From assembly GCA_905331295.1 (NCBI GenBank), contig CAJNYD010000403.1:1-64000 (forward strand): a stretch of 64,000 bases of DNA, in the 5' to 3' direction. Below, piece after piece: positions 24,077 to 36,132 of the stretch (positions are counted from its first letter, which is position 1; each line of letters begins with the position of its first letter). The notes beneath the pieces are model-generated. The model saw only the letters and a list, made by a program, of their open reading frames with translations, ran no database searches and was not told the origin of the DNA. The position numbers and the translations under genes were made by a program. Source of the DNA: Rotaria socialis. Its lineage: Eukaryota.

Positions 24077-26988
24077 TGTAATGTCTTGAATCGAATGGAT
24101 AAATAAAACTATCATATTAATTGAACTTTATTGAGCTTGAGTAAATGATTTCTACTATCTAATGACAGAAAAAAATGTATGCTAATGAAACAATAAGACT
24201 AGCAGCAAAAATACATTATAATGAAAAAACAAACTACTACGAGAATAACATAGAAAAATAAAATATGTGATGATTCATAAGCACATGACAAAGAAGAAGA
24301 AATGTAGCTAATAATTAGCGAGATATAGAAGAACAAACAAATGCAATCTACAATAATCTAAAGCTAATATAGTTATGCTATCAAGCGGCTAATTTTTGGC
24401 ATGTTTTGATGCCATGATTTAGTTAAAATATTCTCTGACTTTTTCGAAGTCCATGCTTATCTGCGTGGCTTCAATAGAACTATTTTCGCCAGTACTATCA
24501 TCTTCTACTATGGCTTTAAATCGAGAGAGAAACGAATTCAGAAATGAACACTCTTTCTCTAAACCTTCTTCTTCTACTTCTTCCTCATCATCTGAAGATA
24601 GTACAACTTTTCTTTTTTGAGACATTTTGGTTTCTAACGAGGCACTTGGCAAATCTTCATTAGCTGTTGTTGAAGCTGGTATGTCACTAGTGAGGTATGC
24701 GCGAAGCAAGGACTTCTTTCTGTTTGGCTTTACTGTTGATGCAGATGTATCTTCAATGTGAGTTTCTGCTTGTGAAGGAGGATTATCTTTCGGATTGCAG
24801 AAATCTCAAGGTTATCAACAGTCAATGAAATTATTTCATCACCTACAACCTACTTTTTCTTTGGTATTTTCCCGAGATGAGCGAGAGGCCGACAAGGATT
24901 CGTAAATTGGCTACGATGCAGCTTTACAATAGGTACAGCACAATCATCTACTACACTCTCTACGTCAGAAGCACTCAATTCAGACCTTAGACATTTGGTT
25001 TTTCGTTTCCGTAATGATTTGGATTTGGATTTTGGTTTGGATTTACGTGGTAGATTTGGTGTTGTTGTGCCGATAGCTTTTCAATAGCTTCATCGTGCGA
25101 ATCAACAATCGGTGGTGTTGTTACAATTATATCATCTTTTTGATCAACAATTGGTGAAAAAGTCGATAATTCGAGAATATTCGAAGCCAAAATCGACTGT
25201 AAATCAACTTCCTCAATATTCATATCCGTGGCACTTGATTTTTTTCTTGTCACATTCCGTTCCATCAATAAGCGAAGTATTTACAACCTGCTTTGTTGTC
25301 TCCAAGGAATGACCTGTGGATTTTTCACCTGTAGCAGTTGATTCAAAACCTATTGTTGTTGTTGTTGTTGTTTTAGGTGCTAGAAGAAAACGAGATCCCT
25401 TTTTCTTTGTTATGCAAATTTCTTTCTACTGACTTTCATGAACTATTGTGTTAGTGTTATTAGCTTGTGTTGATTGATTATAAAGAGAGGCATAGTAAGC
25501 ATAAGACATTCTCTCGTAGTATTTGAGAGGCAGAATATTCGTAACAGTTCCTTGTTTCTTGACATTTGTGTCATCCATTTGTGTGCTCTTCTCGGCAGTG
25601 TACCACATAGTAGATTGAACACTCATGTTGCTGAAAAGATCTGAATCAAAAAATGCAAAAATTAGCAATCGCTTACGTAAATACAATAAACGAGTGTCAA
25701 TTAACTCCGCTGCATTCCAACAGAAATTTCTGTGAGTATAATCGACCACTAGAGTTCAAACTTCATGCAAACAAACAACAATTCTCAATAAAAGTGCTAA
25801 AAACTCAATGTTCTTTCATGGATTTGAATGCTTATTGGAAGTATTTCACTTCTGTTTCGACGTGTTCAATTCAGTAGCAGAATTCTTCATGATATTCTGA
25901 ATCAATAGACTTTGCATCATGAACCTTTTATGCTTGTTATCTACTTTAGACTTGGTACTATGTAAAACCTCAGAATCTGATATAAGTTTCCTAGACTTGT
26001 GTTAATTCTCCTGCTTTTCTAAACCATTCATAGATTCCTGAACTTCTTGGTTACATACTAAAGTTTCAATATATTCCCTGAGTGTTCATTTAAAAGTACT
26101 ATCAACTATGGAAATCCTATTAGTTTTCCAAGAATTTATCTGAGTTTTAATCACTACTGTAGATCTCTATTAATTTCTATAATATTTTCGAGTTCATTGA
26201 TGACTAAAGATCTTTAGCAACCTGTTCCCTGAGTTTTTGCAATTCCTAACATTCAGATCTCATCATATCTCTATGGAAATGTTAAAGGTCTAGTTGGATT
26301 CAAAGAACTCCTCCGATCTCTATCAGTTTCTGGAAAATATACAGATTTCTAGGTATTATCTGTACTTTTTGGGAATATCAGAGGATTCTATGAGAACCCT
26401 TGATTTCAACAAAGTTTCTATAGATCTACAAAGACTTATCTAGGATTTCGGTAGGTTTCTTGCAAATCTGAAACAATTAGGATATATTCAATAGATGTTG
26501 CAGTAGAAGTAACTAATTACTCAAGTAGTTATTATATTATGAATTCGACAGAGGTTCAGGTTAATATGTAGGTGTCACCTCGAATAAAGAGATCCGAGAA
26601 TTATATTATGAATGGCTTACCTTGAGAATGCTGTTGAATAATACGAAGAAGATGATGAAGTGTTAGATGAGATAAGAATGAGTGGATGTGTTATACACTC
26701 AAATATTCAAATTAGAATTAAAGCAGAACACGACGTTTTGATCTTGCTTGAGGATCTCATCAGGCATCTCTAGAATCCCCAAAACACATTATTATATAAA
26801 ACGTAAAATTTTCATATAAGGAACATAACTAAATTATAAAACAACTCCTAAAATCTTAATCAACAACAAATATTATTTTAGTAGGAGGAGTTCTCTTTTG
26901 ATTACAGCCAAAACGAAATACATTACTATCGACTTCGAAAAAAAGTACCTTTAATTTGATGTTAGATCTAATATCGGGACATTTTACA
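24077..26988 (-). mobile_element. Putative TGT...ACA-bounded insertion (solo-LTR-like or integrase-mobilised TIR element) with 5-bp TSD
   Basis: Left end tgtaatgtc; right end gacattttaca (reverse complement tgtaaaatgtc); flanks ccatg / cgatg. On the minus strand there is a TATATAA near 26795 and an AATAAA near 24130. Confidence 0.5.
24419..25626 (-). pseudogene. Decayed spliced gene for a low-complexity Ser/Thr/acidic protein
   Basis: ATG 25626 (MSVQSTMWY) follows a splice acceptor; the 54-bp intron 25380-25433 keeps the frame; there is a frameshift near the A-tract ~25240 and stops near 24987; the last exon ends at 24419 (SSDDEEEVEEE..DFEKVREYFN). Confidence 0.55.
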
Positions 26989-27188
26989 CGATGAGAGATT
27001 CGTCTACTTCCAAATATGTGACATGTACTAATGAACTTCGTTCTTTTTTCTTTTTTTGAATGACATATTTATATGTATCGGCCTAGGCACTCGTTATCCT
27101 TTTCTATATTCATAATATGACCATGTGGTCGTCTTCTCGATGATGTATATTTAATTTTTTCGTTCTCCCCTCCTTATGAACATACATA

Positions 27189-28516
27189 CCCAGGTCGATC
27201 AAAACGGGATGGTTTGCGATCCGAATACGAGCAGAAAATGTTGTTAAAACGGAGTATTTACGGTAACAAACGGCATCAATACGGTTCGTTTTTGGTCCGT
27301 AACAGACCGTATTATCTGGCGCAGAAATACGGACCAATTTTCATCCGTATTGTAAATGGGCTGTATCGGACAGTTTTCCGAGAATTTACCGATAAAATAC
27401 CATTAACTGTGTTGCGCTGTATTAGTAAAGAAAACGGCCGTAACCACATCGCGTTATATCCATTTACTGCTTTTCTCGTGTCGCCTCTTTTAATATATAT
27501 ATGAACGTAAAATATTTCCTTCTTTATTTTTGTCACTTCAGCTATCTTTTGTACATGGATTCATTAAATTTTGCACCCAAGAGAATAAAACCATGTCCAA
27601 AGCATACAAATATTTCTCATAACGTTCACAACTGAATGATACATAAAAGCACGACACGTGTAGAATTTTATCCATGAAGAATGGGTTGTGTTGTATTGTC
27701 CTTAGAAAATAAAAATAAAATATATTAGGCGCTGTTCGTGTGGATGCGAATAGATCTGTAAAACTTTGGTTTCGCAGACGTATTGATACACATCTAGGGA
27801 GCAAAATAACTGTATGAGCTGTGTGCACATTTTCAGTGCTCAATATATCTTTATATGCGTATTTTCCCAGGCAGCTAGTCAATGAAAAGCTAAAGAACAT
27901 ACATAGATCTGATTAAGTTCATACTAGATAACAAATACATTAGTTGCTTCCCAAACAAGGACGAGCAGATGAATGTACTGTTATTTTTCAGAACCCTATG
28001 TATTCCTATGATTCACTATATATGCGTCTTTGTGTGAGTTGACCAATAGAAAAAATAATATATAGCTAAGATTTATATATGCATATTTCATGTTGAATAT
28101 AGCTATTTTAATTGAGACAACAAGACAACTGAGTACAATGATATTTTCAAATCAAATAGATGTCGTTATAATCTATACATATTTGAAGCAAGCAGTTTTA
28201 AAAGATTTTTAGTTCATTTCACTATACACGTGATAGTTTATGATGAAAATAGTCAATATCGACAAAAACAAACCCTAAATTGAGTGTGCGAAATTACTGA
28301 TGATAACTTTAAAAATACGGTAAAAAATGGTCCATAGACGCGATGCTCGTTAGGGCGTCGTATATTGCACACAATATACGGTACCGAAAACGCTCCGTAA
28401 TTTATCCGTAGGTATACTGAATACGGATATCGGTATACCAAAAATGACGTCTCTCCGTAAAGTTATCGTATTTTCACCATTTACTGCCGTATACAGAGCA
28501 TACTGTACAACCTGGG
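27189..28516. mobile_element. Non-autonomous DNA element, CCCAGG...CCTGGG ends, TA TSD
   Basis: ta|cccaggtcga ... tacaacctggg|ta; subterminal acgg/ccgt repeats at 27200-27450 and 28315-28490. Confidence 0.8.
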
Positions 28517-29051
28517 TATGTCTATATCGACATCTTCAGTATGAAGAAATGCTTGATGACTAATTATAATTACATTTGTAACCAGGATACCCCGAACATT
28601 TGATCTTGCCATACAAGGCTTAGTCATTCATTGTTCTAATGTATTATACGCGATAAAATGTCCAAGTTGTTTTTCTTCATATAAAGTCCAATCACTACTT
28701 ATAATTACTTAATGCAATTAATTAAGCATTCAGCATCATTTTGTGATCAATTCATATCAATTGTTCGAATGATTCATCAAAATCATCCTTTTTCACCAAC
28801 CAAACATGAAAACATTCATTTCATCACTTAGACAGCCAACACTACTGTCTTACATATAGCATCGATAAACAAGACTATTCTTGGTTCAACCGAATTGTAC
28901 AAAAATTGTTATATCGGACTCGCATACATAGAGTTCGTTTCATATATAACGAGAAATGAGTCAATCTATTTGCTGACTAAATATGTAGAAGATGAAGCCA
29001 AATCACTTTCTTTCTTTCCTGTTTATTATACATACTATGTACTATGAACTA

Positions 29052-29420
29052 CCCAGGTGAGTGAATCCTACGACGGATCCTATCGGATCTGATGGGATCC
29101 TATCACCCAACAGAATCCAATGGGATTCCGGGTTACGGATCGACTGTCGGTTCCGACGGAAAAAAACATTTTCTTAATTAGGGGTGAATATGCATATTTT
29201 CTCATAAGAACACTAGGGTCATTCGTTCATGTCGGATTCCGTTAATTTCCAACACTGGGTCCTATGGAATTCCTACACCATGGATCTGACTGTAGGTCCT
29301 GATCCCGGAATCCTATAGGATTTTCTTGGTTTTATTGGAATCCATGGATATTTGATATATTCACGGTTTGACCCTTGTCGGAATCCGATAGGATCCTACT
29401 CTCGGAATGACTCTCCTGGG
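29052..29420. mobile_element. MITE, CCCAGG ends with ggatcc/ggaatcc repeats
   Basis: cccaggtgagtgaatcc..ggatcctatcggat is inverted against atccgataggatcc..ggaatgactctcctggg. Confidence 0.85.
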
Positions 29421-30170
29421 AATGTGCATCAAATAAAAACGAGATTTGATTATTTGGTCGTTTATTTTCATCAGTGGTTATTAGGCAGAAATTTTGTTCC
29501 AATTAATAATAACAGGGTAGAAAAAGTTATTTAATTTATTCAAGTTTTACATACTTTCTAAAGCAGGTATGGATTACATGTTTTTCGAGCATACAATCCG
29601 ATGGTTCAATATTACTTGAGTACCAAAAGGATGATATCAATGTATCATTTCCGTTGCTTAATACAGGAAACGCACTTGATATATCTGTTAAAGCAAGTGC
29701 ACTAGATAATGAAATAAATTATGCTCTTTTAATTATTTCTAGGGTCAAGGAAGTGAATATAAAACTACACTGCAAAACATTTTCATTGATCAATATGTTC
29801 AAGAAAATGGTGTTAATTTTATGTATGTAAATACTATCTCATATTTTTGCTCTACTTAAAAATTAAACAAATTGTGTTTTAGTTACAAAGATAACGAATT
29901 ACCTGATCTTCGAGATCGTTTACACAAATAGTTTTATAATGTAACATTATTAATCAAACAAAAAATGATACCTGCTCCAACTGATATAAGTACGTTTGTT
30001 TATTATAATGAAAAAGATTAAATTGTATATTTCTTTTTAGGTCGGCCATCATCAATGTCAGTTACAACCGTTGGTGCTACAGGATATTCAAGTTCTTGTA
30101 TTCTTAAATCATTAACACCGTCATCTGCTAGTGATTTGTAAGTATTATGATTAGAGATATACAGGACCAT

Positions 30171-31970
30171 GCGGAGACGGAAAGATGAGCACGGAAAGAA
30201 GAGCACAGGAAAGATGAACGAAAGGAAAGATGAACACTGGCTATTTGAGCGCGCGCGGTCAATTGTCGAGAGTGACACAAGGAAAGAGAAAAAATATTTT
30301 GTGGCTTAATTGGTATGATGAACATTACAATCAAACATGTTGACAAAAACAAATTAGATTAGAAACTGTGTCTATCTGAGCCTAATTATCTCAATTTCAA
30401 AAAATGTATAAAATCATGTTACAAGATGTATGTGATCATCATCTATTTTCGTAAATATGTTTACTATCTCTCAAAGCGGTACCTCTAAACAACGACCACG
30501 ACTCGATCTTGATGGTTTTTCTTATGTTAGGGATCGAATAACCAGCGACAAAATCTATTGGCGATGCATCAAGTACAAGTCTGATCACTGCCATGCTCGA
30601 TTACATACTTGTCTAGAATTCAAGACAATTCTCAAACACCCTATCGATCATATTTGTAAATTTGATGCTACTGAAAATCAAGTACGCCAATTCTCTCAAC
30701 AAGTCACTGCTCGTGCACTTAATACTCAAGAAAATCCTGATGTAATTGTAACTAATTGTTATAAAGGTGAGCGCTAATTTATGAAAATTGAGCAATATGA
30801 AAATTGTTTGTACTTTAGAGCTGTCTGGTCCATCACTCGCTCGTCTTCCAGTTCGCAACAACATCAAGCGACGAATTCGAATGCTTCGTCAAAACAACCA
30901 GATCGTCAAGGAACCCAATGACCCCCAATTTCAATCTGTTCCAACACAACTCACCCTCAATCATCGCCAGGAACAATTTCTCCAGTGCGATACTGGCCCT
31001 GGTGAGTAATTAACTTAATTAGTGAGATTAAATCACTAATTTACCATTTTTTTCCCAGGCGATGATCGAATTCTTATCTTCTCAAGTCCTGAACAACTGC
31101 ATGTACTACAAACTTCACAAGATTTTCTAGTTGATGGGACGTTCAAAGTAGTTCCAGAGATCTTCTACCAGCTGTTTATTATTCACGCGGTTTATCGTCA
31201 ACATACTGTTCCCGTGGTTTATGCGCTGCTACGAAGAAAAGACGCGGGTACCTATACTCGTTTATTTGATGAAATTGTAAAAATTGATCCTAATTGGTTA
31301 CCGGCATCGGTAATGATGGACTTTGAACAAGCGTCAGTTAGCTCTCTTAAGAAGAAATTTCGTTCTGTTTCACTTTCTGGCTGTTACTTTCATCTACGTC
31401 AAATTATTCATCGAAAATTGCAGGTAAGAAAGATATTATAATAAAAAAAACAATTTATTATCGCTGTTTTTCGTTTTAGAGTCTCGGACACCAAGCTCAA
31501 TGCCAAACAGATTCAACGTTCTCGCATAACATCCATAAAATTGCGGCGTTGGCTTTTCTTGATCCAAACTCTACACTCAATGGCTTCGAACCATTCTGTG
31601 AACAATTAGACGCCCAATATGATAATATCCTTGACTATTTCGAGGAAACTTATATAGGTATGCCATTAATTCATTAACAAAATTAATTCAATAAAATTAT
31701 AATTTCTATGTAGGTAAATTACGATCGAATCGTGTTCGTCGAAAACCTTTGCTCGAGATCAACTTATGGAGCATGCACCACCGTACAACTCAGCTGTCCC
31801 TGACAACCAACAACTCTGCAGAAGCCTATCATCGACGTATAAACTCGGTCTTCCAATGCAGTCATCCTACGTTGTGGCTTTTCTTGCAGAGGCTCATCGA
31901 CGAAGAAAACGTGCTACATGCTGATCTCGTCCAAATCAACGCTGGAGAACCACCGAAGAAAAAGAAGACA
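30171..31970 (+). mobile_element. Mutator-like element (MULE), left end present, 3' end lost
   Basis: Subterminal ggaaagatgagcac-type repeats at 30171-30240 upstream of the transposase; no inverted counterpart downstream. Confidence 0.7.
30457..31970 (+). CDS. FLYWCH + MULE DDE transposase, 5 exons (30457-30766, 30819-31001, 31059-31423, 31480-31657, 31714-31970), C-terminus truncated
   Basis: LDGFSY..IYWRC..CHARL (FLYWCH), VDGTFK, MMDFE, GCYFHLRQ, TNNSAEAYH. All four introns are GT-AG and keep the frame. Confidence 0.9.
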
Positions 31971-32222
31971 AGGGTGTGGGTGTTACTCTTTTTCTCACAC
32001 CCACACATAGGGGTATGACAGTTCAGTTCTAGTTCTTTTCAAAAGAACTGTTCAGGCAGTTCACATGATCTGATCTGATCTGCCCGAACAGTTCAGATCA
32101 GATCTACAGATATGTTCAAACAGTTCTTTCGCTCATTTGATCTGAACTTAGATCTGAGAACTGTGATACCCCTACTCACACCCACTCCCACACCCGCACC
32201 CCTACTCACACCCACACCCTCG
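31971..32222. mobile_element. Telomere-like-ended element containing a hAT-type MITE (32008-32174)
   Basis: agggtgtgggtgt ... cacacccacaccctcg; inner TIR TAGGGGTATGACAGTTC / GAACTGTGATACCCCTA with imperfect 8-bp flanks cccacaca / ctcacacc. Confidence 0.75.
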
Positions 32223-33428
32223 GTATATTTATCAAAATGTTATGCTCTTCAGAATCTGTATATTCAATGTCAAATGAGTCTCTGATTAATTGCTATTTCG
32301 GTTTTGGATCTTCGAAATTTTTCATGTGATTAAATGGCTCCATTGTAATATGCTGAAGACATTTAACAAAGATTTATTGAATTAAATAAATATGTTTTGC
32401 ACATCTCTGTTAAGCTAAAACGAATAATTTACATTACACAACAATAACTTGTTCAAAAATTGTAGAAAATAAATAGTCCGATGTTAAATTAATGCTGATA
32501 ATCATATGCAAATTGATCGAAACAATTTCAATCGTTTTAAAAAGGTTAGTATCATCTAGAGGAATTCATGAAAATAATTGATTAAATATTCAAATAGAAC
32601 CATGTGCATCAATTCGCTGAATTAAAAATAGAAAAAGATCATATTAAATATCTCTTTATATATACAAAATGGTTTCTTATGCAAAATATCGCATAACACA
32701 ATTGTGTAATTGCTTTTCAAATTATTAGAGAAGTAAATTTACAATAATCTTAAACTTGTATTTAGATACAATTCTTTAGAATATATAAATATGGCTAATT
32801 ATAAAATAAGTTCCATTCGATGATAATTATAAAAAACTTTTCTGCTTGATTTATTCGACAAAATCTGTTGAGATCAGATCGTTGATTACTCGATTTTTAC
32901 TCTTTTAATATGTATAGATTCTATGAACTTATTATATCATTCTCATTATAATCTGAAACTCGATTAATCTGTTTTAAAAAATTCATCTTTTCTTATCTAA
33001 TAATTGGTCGATAAAATCCGAGGGTTTTTACCACATCTTCGAATCGATCATTTTTATATTGATAAAAGTTTTGATTAGGATGTAGAATGATTCATCTCTC
33101 TACGGAAATATTTTTTCTTCGAAAAGTTTAGTCTATTTTCTTCTTTCGTTTGTTTTAATATATATATATGTTTCAAAACAGAAGAAGTATACAAAAACAT
33201 GAAAAATATTATTTTCAACATGTATAACGTTCTAAGATCAGACAATAATGACGTCCATCTATTCATATGTATTCTTTTCATTATTATAAAATATTTTTCT
33301 CCTTGACGAAGAAATTTTCCTTAGTCTCAAAGAATTTTCTAAAATGAATCATCCATCCGCTATACTAAAACATTTTTCAGTCATTGTTGCACTTATCTAT
33401 CACTACAACTAATATATATATATATATA

Positions 33429-36132
33429 TGTTAGCGGCCAATGTCGGATCACGTCCAATCTGAGATTGGCCTAGGCCAATCTAGGATCCCACATTGGACG
33501 CGTCCAATCTGGAATTCCACATTGGACTGATTGTAAATCAGGCCAATGTCGGATTGAAGAATTCAAATACGTCCAATCTCAGATTCGCCTGAAAATAGTA
33601 GGCGAATCTCAGATTGGCCTAGTCCAATGTAGAATTACAATTAACATACGGTCAATCTAAGATTCGCCTAGGCCAATCTTACATAAGAAACTAAGTATAC
33701 TATATTCAGTATGGAGGCATCATGTTTGTCTATGTAATTTGTCAAATAAAAAGTGGAGTTGGAAAAAGAAATAGAATAAAGTTGTTGTTTATATTAAAAA
33801 CAAAGAATCAAATCACAAATTGTTCACATTCGTTGTTTTTTAACTTTGTACAATAAAATTATTTAAAACTTGATATTTTGTACATAATAATGAACACCAA
33901 TACGTTACCAAATATAATCATCGATGGACAAGATACGATTATTAATAATACTGATGTTGTTATTGATGGTAATGAAAGTAATGACACATCAAACGAAGAA
34001 AAAACATTTTATTCTAAGTTAAACATGTATAAAGAAAGTTTAAAGTATCCCGAAAAAGTGATGATATCATTTGATTATTATCAAAATATAATACAGTGTT
34101 TGAAACAACCTAAAAGTGGTAAAGCAATTGGTATTGATGCTAAATTTCATTTTTGGTGCAAGAAGCATTTTAAAATTGATATGACTTCAGGAATTGAAAT
34201 GTTATGTTCGGTAAAGAATGGTCGCCGAATTGTTGTTATCGAATCATATTTTGTTGTTTTAAAAGATATACATAAAAAAACTGGTCATGGTGCCCGTGAT
34301 AAAATGCGCCATGAAATGAATGAACATTATTACTGGATGCCCACTCAAGTTATTGATATTTTTTTACAATGTTGTACATCTTGTATAGTTAGAAAGTCTT
34401 TTAAATTACCTGTTACACCTTCAGCTATTGTATCAGTTGGCTTCCTAACTCGTCTTCAAATAGATCTTATTGATTTTCGTACACGACCTGATAAAGATTC
34501 TCAATGGATTCTTCATTGTCGTGATCATTACTCGAAATATTCTTGGGGTTATGCATTGATATCAAAAGAAGCTCAACGTATTGCTGATCATCTTTTATCA
34601 TTATTCTATCAATTTGGACCTTGCAAAATTTTACAATCAGACAACGGCCGTGAATTCACGGCCAGTGTCATTAAAAATCTTAAAAATTTTTGGCCTGGAC
34701 TGATCATCATCAACGGAAGACCTCGACACCCCGAGAGTCAGGGGTTAGTCGAGAGAGGAAATGCAACTTTATGTCAAATATTAGGTAAGCTTATGGAAGA
34801 TCAAAATACAACGTGTTGGACAACATGTCTTCTTCCCGCAATATATTCTATGAATACGAGCTTGGCCCGTGGTGTAAATATGACTCCATACCAAATAGTT
34901 TTTGGACAAAAACCTAGACTCGATCATGAACTATGGAAATTAATAGAGGAGCAAGGTAAACAATATTTCTTTACTTTTCAAACTAAATGAAAATTATTTT
35001 GTATCTTTAGATATTGAATTTGAAGAAGATTTACCAGCTTCTATTCGTGAAAGTCTTGCTGGAGATGGTACATCAGAATCAACTGAACCATCACAAGCAA
35101 CTCAACCAATACAAGAACCTGAACCACCACAAGCAACTCAACCAATACAAGAACCTGAACCAACACAAGTAATTGATACATCAAATAATAGTAGCAATGT
35201 GGAAACGAAACAATTTGATGAACAAACTGATGATGACATAACCTCAACCACTTCTCGACATTCAGAAATTCGTAAACGAGCAACAAAAACATATTTGTCC
35301 AATGCAAATAAGAAAATTAAAATTCATGATGAATTTATAAAAGATTTGTCTTTGAAATGTTTAATCGGTGAATATGTTGGTATTAAAATCAATAAAGTTG
35401 ATCGAACAAACACCGATCCAAAAATTTTGCCTGTCGTTGTTTTAGAAAAAAAAGATGATAAAATTAAAGTTGCATGTGAATTTGGCATTATTAACCAGTG
35501 GTGGTCTTTGGATTCTGTTGCATTACTATCAACTGTACCAGAAAATTTAGTTAATTTACAAAAAAATGAATTAAAAGAAATATCTTTCATAACTGCTTCA
35601 ATATTATTTGTTCGTGGTGGTATAAATGGAGTTACTTGCTCATGTAAAGGTGGTTGTAAGACAAAACAATGTCCATGCCGGAAAAAAAGCGTACCTTGTT
35701 CCACAAAATGCCACAAAAACGGTGTTCGTTGTGTGAATTTAGAATTAGATGATAAAATATGAAATATATTAATAGTTTCTTTCATATTTATATATCTTTC
35801 TCTGCTATTTGTTTAGAACTAAGTTTGTTTCTTTGTTCAAAATAAAATTCCATTTACTATGATTCACACTTTTTTGTTAGATTATACTTAGTTTCTTATG
35901 TAAGATTGGCCGTATGTTAATTGTAATTCTACATTGGACTAGGCCAATCTGAGATTCGCCTACTATTTTCAGGCGAATCTGAGATTGGACGTATTTGAAT
36001 TCTTCAATCCGACATTGGCCTGATTTACAATCAGTCCAATGTGGAATTCCAGATTGGACGCGTCCAATGTGGGATCCTAGATTGGCCTAGGCCAATCTCA
36101 GATTGGACGTGATCCGACATTGGCCGCCAACA
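33429..36132 (+). mobile_element. Intact Ginger2/TDD-type (KRBA2/SCAND3-like integrase) DNA transposon with ~250-270 bp TIRs, inserted in (TA)n
   Basis: TGTTAGCGGCC...GGCCGCCAACA ends; near-identical TIRs 33429-33698 / 35884-36132 built from ccaatctgagattgg-type units; tata on both flanks. Confidence 0.9.
33890..35762 (+). CDS. Integrase-type transposase, 2 exons (33890-34955, 35011-35762; ~605 aa)
   Basis: HHCC Zn domain (HKKTGH..CTSC), core QIDLID / QSDNG / QGLVER, 36-bp EPxQATQPIQEP repeat, C-terminal CSCKGGCKTKQCPCRKKSVPCSTKCH. A 55-bp phase-1 intron joins the frames. Confidence 0.92.

Noticed and set aside
27110..28441. Short ORFs within the CCCAGG element
   Set aside because: They mostly overlap subterminal repeats and show no transposase motifs.
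33429..33700. Regularly spaced palindromes resembling a CRISPR array
   Set aside because: They are subrepeats of a transposon TIR mirrored at 35884-36132; there are no unique spacers or cas genes, and the context is eukaryotic.
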